Of a DNA stretch of 41,414 nt, positions 36,476 through 41,414 are shown in pieces. Below the pieces are notes generated by a model. That model did no database searches, had not been told where the DNA came from, and worked only from the letters and a program-made list of their open reading frames with translations. The position numbers and the translations under genes were made by a program. The stretch lies in contig CAMARC010000003.1 in the NCBI GenBank assembly GCA_945860405.1, positions 1 to 41,414 of the forward strand, given 5' to 3'. The stretch's first letter is position 1; the number at the start of each line of letters is the position of its first letter. This DNA is from Candidatus Kuenenia stuttgartensis. Lineage in GTDB: Bacteria > Planctomycetota > Planctomycetia > Pirellulales > UBA1268.

Positions 36476-39400
36476 CGACCCGCACGGAGTCGGCTCGGGG
36501 GGGCGTCGATCCGGCGGGCCAGGCCCCCGACACGACGCTCCTCGATCTCCTCGTCGCGCGCCTCGGCGATGCCGCCACCCGGCCTGCGTTGGCCACGCAA
36601 CCATCAGCCGATGACGCGACGACGACCTGGACCTGGCTCGAGGCGGCAGCGGCCGCCGTCGATCTCGCCGTGGCCCTCGAGGCGACGGGCTTGCGCCGCG
36701 GTGACCGGGTCGTCCATGTCGGCACGCACTCGGTCGATTGGGTTGTCGTCGATCTCGCCTGTCTGCTCGCCGGCGTCGTTCATGTGGCGCTCCATGCCGA
36801 TGCCCCGCGTTCCGAGCTCCTCGACCAGATCGCCTGGCTCGCCCCGGCCGGAGTCGTGCTCAGTGGGGAGGACGGTCCGTTCCCATCCGGCGATGCCGCA
36901 CGGTTGCTCGGCGGGCGTTCTGTTCCGCGGCGTGTCATCGATCGGCGCCGTCCGGCGCCGCGTCGGGGGCAGCGCTTGCCGCCTCCCTCGGCGGGGCTCT
37001 GCTCGGAAGCCTGGCGGAGCCGCGCTGCCGATCCGGAGGCGCTTGAGCGCGAGGTGGCACGGCGCGCGGCGGCCATCGATCCCGACGCGCCGGCGCGGAT
37101 CTTCTTCTCCTCGGGGACGACCGGACGGCCGCGCGGCTATGTCCACTCGCAGCGGTCGCTCGCCACCAACGCGCTGGCCGCCGCGGCCATCTTTCTCGAC
37201 GAATCCGCCGACGTCCGGCTCTCCTGGCTGCCGATGAGCCACGCGCTGGCCTGCACGGGGGATCTCTCCACGGCGCTCGTTCGCGGCGGCTGTCTCAACG
37301 TCGTTCCCGACCGGCGGCGTCTCCTCGACGCCTGCCGCTTCCTGCCGCCGACGGTGATTCTCGGCGTGCCGGCTTTCTATGAACGTCTCGAACGGGGCGT
37401 GCGGTCGGGGGCGATCCCCGATCTCGCCGCTGCCCTTGGCGGTCGAGTGCGAGTCTGCATCTCCGGCGGCGCGGCGCTGCGGGAGCGGACGCAGGTGCTG
37501 TTTGCCGCGCGGGGGGTGCCGCTCGTCGAGGGCTACGGGCTCGCCGAGGCAGGTCCGGTGGTGGCGCTCGACAACCCACGGGGATACCGGCCGGGGTGGG
37601 TCGGCAAGCCGCTTGCTGGCATCGATGTCCGGCTCGATTCGGTGGGGCAACTCCTCGTCCGCACCCCCTCGCGGGCGCTCGGGCAGGTCCTTCCGCCCGA
37701 CGCCCAGCCAGCTGTCGATGATCACCACGGCGACCCCGCCGACGGATGGATCGCCACCGGCGACACCGCCGAGATCGCCGCCGACGGTCGGATCCGCATC
37801 ACCGGACGCGTCGTCGACACGATCGTCCTCTCCACCGGCACGAAGCTTCCGCCGGCCGAGGTGGAGCGGGTTCTTGCCGATGACGCAATCGTCGCCCAGG
37901 TGTGTGTCTGCGGGGATCGGCTTCCGGTGCCGGTCGCGCTGATCGTGCCCGAGCCTGCCGTTGTCCGGGCCACGCTCCGGTCACTCGGCATCCGCGTCGC
38001 TTCGCGACGGGCGGCTCTCCGTCATCCGCGTCTCCTCCGCTGGCTGGCCCGCAGGCTCGCCAGACGGCAGGCGTCGCTTCCTCGTTCCTGGCGAGTGCGT
38101 CGCATCGTGCTTATCAACCGCCCCTTCGACATCGACCGCGGGGAGATGACCCACTCCATGAAATTGAAGCGCCCCTCGATCGCCAATCACTTCGCGGCCA
38201 CGCTCGACGCCGCTTCCGCCCCCTCCCCGCCCCCGGGCGTGGCCGACGTGCCCCGCGGCGACGCCCTCCCTTCCCCCCCCTCCGTCCCCTCCCCCCACGC
38301 CACCGCCGGCATCGCCGCGGCGCTGTGGGGGCTTCCGCGCGGGGATGACGGTGGGTTTGCCAACGCCGCCGCCCTCGCCGCGCAGCCGTTCCCTGACGAG
38401 ATCGCCGGGGTGCTCGAAGAAGCCCAGCGGCGCCTCGGTGCGCTGCGCGCCGAGGGCCTGCTCTACGCCCCGATGCCGACGACGGAGCTGCCGCCGGCCC
38501 CCCTCGATGACGCGCCGCCGCGGCCGGAGGGGCTGTTCACCGCTGTCGCCGAGGCCGCCGTGGGGGCGACGGGGCTGTGGGGCGTGCATGTTCCGGTTGC
38601 CCATGGCGGTTGCGGGGGGACGGTCGTCGACTTGGTGAAGAGCGTGACGAAGATCGCCGGTGTCGTGCCCTCCGCGGCAGGGATGCTCGCCGTTCACTCC
38701 GCGATTGGGGCGGTGTCGGCGCTGGTCGCCTTCGGGACACCGTCGCAGCAGGCCCGTCACCTGCCCGGCTTGGCGGCGGGGAGGCCGTTGTCGGTGTTTG
38801 GTGCCACCGAGCCGGAGGTGGGATGCGACCTCGGAGCGGTGCGGACGACGCTGGCCCGGCGGGATGGCCGGCTCGTCATCGACGGCACGAAGATGTTCAT
38901 CACCAATGCCACCTATGGCCGGCTCGTGAAGCTGCTTGTCGTCGCCGATGGCAAACCGGCTGTGGTGCTCGCCCGCCTTCCCGACCGCGACACGCCCAGC
39001 TTCCGTCTGCTGTCCTACGCCCTCCACCCACTCCGTCACACCGCCAACCACGCCCTCGAGTTCCGCGGGTTCACGGTCGACGAGCAGGACGTCATCAAGG
39101 GCCCGGGAGGGGATGCGATGGCGGTCGTCTGGCACGGCCTCAACCGCGGTCGCAGCACGCTCGCCGCCCAGGCAGCCGGCACCCTCGGTCTCCTCCGAGC
39201 CCATGCCCGCGAGCACGCCCTCCGCCGTGCCTCCTGGGGCCAGCCGATCGCGTCGCGACAGCTCGTCCAGGGGAGGCTCGCCCGAATCGCCGCGGGTAGC
39301 CTTGCCTGCGAAGCGCTCTCGACCTGGGCGGCGGCGACGATCGACACCTCAGGAGGCACAGGGGGCGAGCTCGAGGCGATCACGGCCAAGGTGGTGGCCA

Positions 39401-40002
39401 GTCAGGCCGTTCGCGAGGGAGCGATCGATGCCCTGGGGATTCATGGAGGCCGGGCCTTCCTCGTCGGCCATCCGCTCGGCGACTCCTTCCACGATCATCT
39501 CGCCGTCGGCGTCTACGAAGGAGAGAGCGATCTCCTCGGGCTGGCGCTCTTCAAGGGGCTCTCCAAACGCCATCCGCTCGCGGAACGCCTCCGACAGGGG
39601 AGTCGGTTTGGCGCCGCCGTCGGTTGGCTCGGCTGGCGCGTGGCGCGGTTGGCAGGTGCCGGACATGACGCTGGGATCCTCGACCGCCGTCTCCGGGAGC
39701 ATGCGGCAGCGGCTCGCAAGGTGCTGGCCGCGAGCGCCATCGCGATCGATCGGGCGATCCGCCGGCACGGCCGTGGTCTGGCGGAGCGGCAATTGGAGGT
39801 CGGAAGCTTGTCTGCGGTGGTCAGGGATGCGGCAAGCGCACTGGCCGTCGCCCATCACGCCGATGTCCTGTGCGACGACGAGGCGACGGCGACGGCCGAT
39901 GTCTGGTGCCGGATAGCCCTGTCCCGGGCCTCTGGTCGCCGGCTCACGCCGGCGGATCATGCGGCCATCGGCGCCCTGGGACGGCGGGTGGTCGAGGGCT
40001 AA
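36472..40002 (+). CDS. Fusion: long-chain acyl-CoA synthetase (AMP-binding) + acyl-CoA dehydrogenase
   Basis: GTGA overlap with the thiolase stop. Synthetase motifs FFSSGTTGRPRG, GYGLAE, ATGD and MKLKR, a Pro-rich linker, then dehydrogenase motifs ATEPEVGCD, GTKMFITN, GQPIASRQLVQ, HGGRAF and YEGE. Confidence 0.87.
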   Translation: MTTRTESARGGVDPAGQAPDTTLLDLLVARLGDAATRPALATQPSADDATTTWTWLEAAAAAVDLAVALEATGLRRGDRVVHVGTHSVDWVVVDLACLLAGVVHVALHADAPRSELLDQIAWLAPAGVVLSGEDGPFPSGDAARLLGGRSVPRRVIDRRRPAPRRGQRLPPPSAGLCSEAWRSRAADPEALEREVARRAAAIDPDAPARIFFSSGTTGRPRGYVHSQRSLATNALAAAAIFLDESADVRLSWLPMSHALACTGDLSTALVRGGCLNVVPDRRRLLDACRFLPPTVILGVPAFYERLERGVRSGAIPDLAAALGGRVRVCISGGAALRERTQVLFAARGVPLVEGYGLAEAGPVVALDNPRGYRPGWVGKPLAGIDVRLDSVGQLLVRTPSRALGQVLPPDAQPAVDDHHGDPADGWIATGDTAEIAADGRIRITGRVVDTIVLSTGTKLPPAEVERVLADDAIVAQVCVCGDRLPVPVALIVPEPAVVRATLRSLGIRVASRRAALRHPRLLRWLARRLARRQASLPRSWRVRRIVLINRPFDIDRGEMTHSMKLKRPSIANHFAATLDAASAPSPPPGVADVPRGDALPSPPSVPSPHATAGIAAALWGLPRGDDGGFANAAALAAQPFPDEIAGVLEEAQRRLGALRAEGLLYAPMPTTELPPAPLDDAPPRPEGLFTAVAEAAVGATGLWGVHVPVAHGGCGGTVVDLVKSVTKIAGVVPSAAGMLAVHSAIGAVSALVAFGTPSQQARHLPGLAAGRPLSVFGATEPEVGCDLGAVRTTLARRDGRLVIDGTKMFITNATYGRLVKLLVVADGKPAVVLARLPDRDTPSFRLLSYALHPLRHTANHALEFRGFTVDEQDVIKGPGGDAMAVVWHGLNRGRSTLAAQAAGTLGLLRAHAREHALRRASWGQPIASRQLVQGRLARIAAGSLACEALSTWAAATIDTSGGTGGELEAITAKVVASQAVREGAIDALGIHGGRAFLVGHPLGDSFHDHLAVGVYEGESDLLGLALFKGLSKRHPLAERLRQGSRFGAAVGWLGWRVARLAGAGHDAGILDRRLREHAAAARKVLAASAIAIDRAIRRHGRGLAERQLEVGSLSAVVRDAASALAVAHHADVLCDDEATATADVWCRIALSRASGRRLTPADHAAIGALGRRVVEG

Positions 40003-41078
40003 CGGCCGCTTGTCACCATCGCCGGCCAGGAACTGCACAGATACCAGGCTCGCGGCGTGGTCCATTCGACGAAGGCATCGAGGACCGACCTGGAAAGGAA
40101 GGCCCCGGTGACGGTCCTTCCGGCCGGATCGCCGTCGCTGCGGGCCGCGACGTCGACGCCGAGCAGTCCGTCGAGGACCCCGCGGGGACGGATGTAACGG
40201 ACGACCCGGGCGGTGTCTTTCGTGAGGCCAGCCAGTTCGACGGCTCGGTCGACGGCGTCCTCCAGGAAGCCGATCCGGTCGACGAGTCCGGCGGCCTGGG
40301 CCTGCCTGGCCGTAAATACCTGACCGGTGGCCACGGCATCGACTGCCGCCTCGTCGAGCTTCGGTCGTCCTTCGCGGACGACCTCCTTGAAGCGGGCGAA
40401 CATGTCGTCGACGAGAGACTGGAGCACCTTCCGCTCCCGCTCCGCAAGCTCCGGATCCCTCTCCTTCGTGGGGGAGAGCATTTCCTTGAGCGGGCCACTG
40501 GTGATCGAGTCGTCGGTGACGTCGAACTTCCGCAGCGCCTTGGAGAAGTCGTAGTGGGGGATGATGACGCCGATCGAACCGGTGAGCGTGGCCGGTTCGG
40601 CGAAGATCACATCCTCGCGGCCGCCGTTGGCCATCGCCACGTAGTATCCGCCGCTGGCCGCGATCGAACCCATGCTGACGACGACCGGCAGATCACGCTT
40701 CTTCACGAGCGTCGAGAGCCGGTGGAAGATCTCGTCGCTGCCGGCCACCGTGCCCCCCGGGGACTCGACCCGGAGGACGATCGCCTTGACCGACTCGTCC
40801 TCGGCGATCCGATCGATCTGCTGGCGGGCGAATCCCGATCCCCCCATGATCGCCCCGACGACATCGACAATCGCCACCCGGCTGGGGGCATCCTTGGAGA
40901 GCGAGTGCCAGCGTTCCTCGACCTGCCCCGCCTTTTGGAAATAGCTGGCGTTGGCCCCGAAGCTGGCCACGGCCACCACAGCTGACAGTCCGGCGATCAC
41001 CCAGGGAACCCACGAGAAGCGTCCCCGACGCGGAGGAGGCGTGTGGGCCGACGGGGCGGGGAGGGAAGGGGGATTCAT
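39999..41078 (-). CDS. sppA: Signal peptide peptidase SppA (single-domain, S49)
   Basis: N-terminal TM, LRVESPGG, AASGGYYVA, TGSIGV, GPLKE and GLVDRIG. Confidence 0.92.
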   Translation of the reverse strand: MNPPSLPAPSAHTPPPRRGRFSWVPWVIAGLSAVVAVASFGANASYFQKAGQVEERWHSLSKDAPSRVAIVDVVGAIMGGSGFARQQIDRIAEDESVKAIVLRVESPGGTVAGSDEIFHRLSTLVKKRDLPVVVSMGSIAASGGYYVAMANGGREDVIFAEPATLTGSIGVIIPHYDFSKALRKFDVTDDSITSGPLKEMLSPTKERDPELAERERKVLQSLVDDMFARFKEVVREGRPKLDEAAVDAVATGQVFTARQAQAAGLVDRIGFLEDAVDRAVELAGLTKDTARVVRYIRPRGVLDGLLGVDVAARSDGDPAGRTVTGAFLSRSVLDAFVEWTTPRAWYLCSSWPAMVTSGR

Positions 41079-41200
41079 CGTGGCTGGCTCCCTTGTTGCG
41101 ACCTGTCTCTGGCTCCGGCGTGAAGGCCGGTGTCGGGGTGGAACGGAGGATCATGTTGCCATCCGGAGACGGGGACCGCTACCCTTGCTATGGGGCTGTC

Positions 41201-41242
41201 CGTGGACAAGTGCATCCGAGGCCATTGTCCACGCTCTCCACA
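41201..41242. promoter_or_regulatory. Inverted repeat / DnaA-box-like motifs in divergent intergenic region
   Basis: CGTGGACAA (41201-09)-N15-TTGTCCACG (41225-33), immediately followed by CTCTCCACA (41234-42). Confidence 0.4.
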
Positions 41243-41295
41243 GCCTGCTCGGCGGCGACTCCGCCCAGGCCGCAACCCATCAGGAGCGACGCAGC

Positions 41296-41414
41296 GTGAT
41301 CGTCAGCGTGAGCACGGAGTGTTTCCCGGAACTGTCCCTGGCCAAGTCCATGGAGCGGTTGGCGGAGCTCGAGTACACCGCCGTCGAGATCGACGTCCAC
41401 GAGCATGGCGGTCA
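41296..41414 (+). CDS. Probable sugar phosphate isomerase/epimerase (xylose-isomerase-like TIM barrel), 3'-truncated
   Basis: AGGAG then GTG. Translation MIVSVSTECFPELSLAKSMERLAELEYTAVEIDVHEHGG resembles the N-terminus of AP-endonuclease-2-type barrels. Not in the ORF track. Confidence 0.65.
   Translation, partial: MIVSVSTECFPELSLAKSMERLAELEYTAVEIDVHEHGG

Overview
High-GC bacterial chromosomal DNA, very likely from a planctomycete. The evidence is planctomycete-type LExR-x-x-LA export signals, PSCyt1/DUF1549/DUF1553, DUF1501, DUF1559 and BBP7-like genes. The window is gene-dense, with about 24 CDSs and one tRNA-Leu(GAG). Housekeeping genes are galK, clpS, serS, an S1-domain protein and sppA. 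Cell-envelope and surface genes encode an M48 protease, a DUF2092-TlpA fusion, a DUF11/FG-GAP/FKBP fusion, an outer-membrane barrel and a ~2,090-aa repeat adhesin. There is also a PSD1-DUF1501-DUF1559-DUF1501 cluster and a three-gene beta-oxidation operon. I found no CRISPR array, integrase, transposase, prophage or defence system, and cannot claim a clearly new multi-gene system. The best leads are three unusual proteins: (1) a catalytically degenerate dihydroorotate-dehydrogenase-like barrel fused to an internally duplicated, His-conserved membrane domain; (2) an acyl-CoA synthetase-acyl-CoA dehydrogenase fusion that completes beta-oxidation in three genes; (3) a giant adhesin combining a planctomycete N-terminal signal, RTX repeats and modules I recognise from cyanobacterial surface proteins. 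All family assignments come from motif recognition by eye, not database searches.
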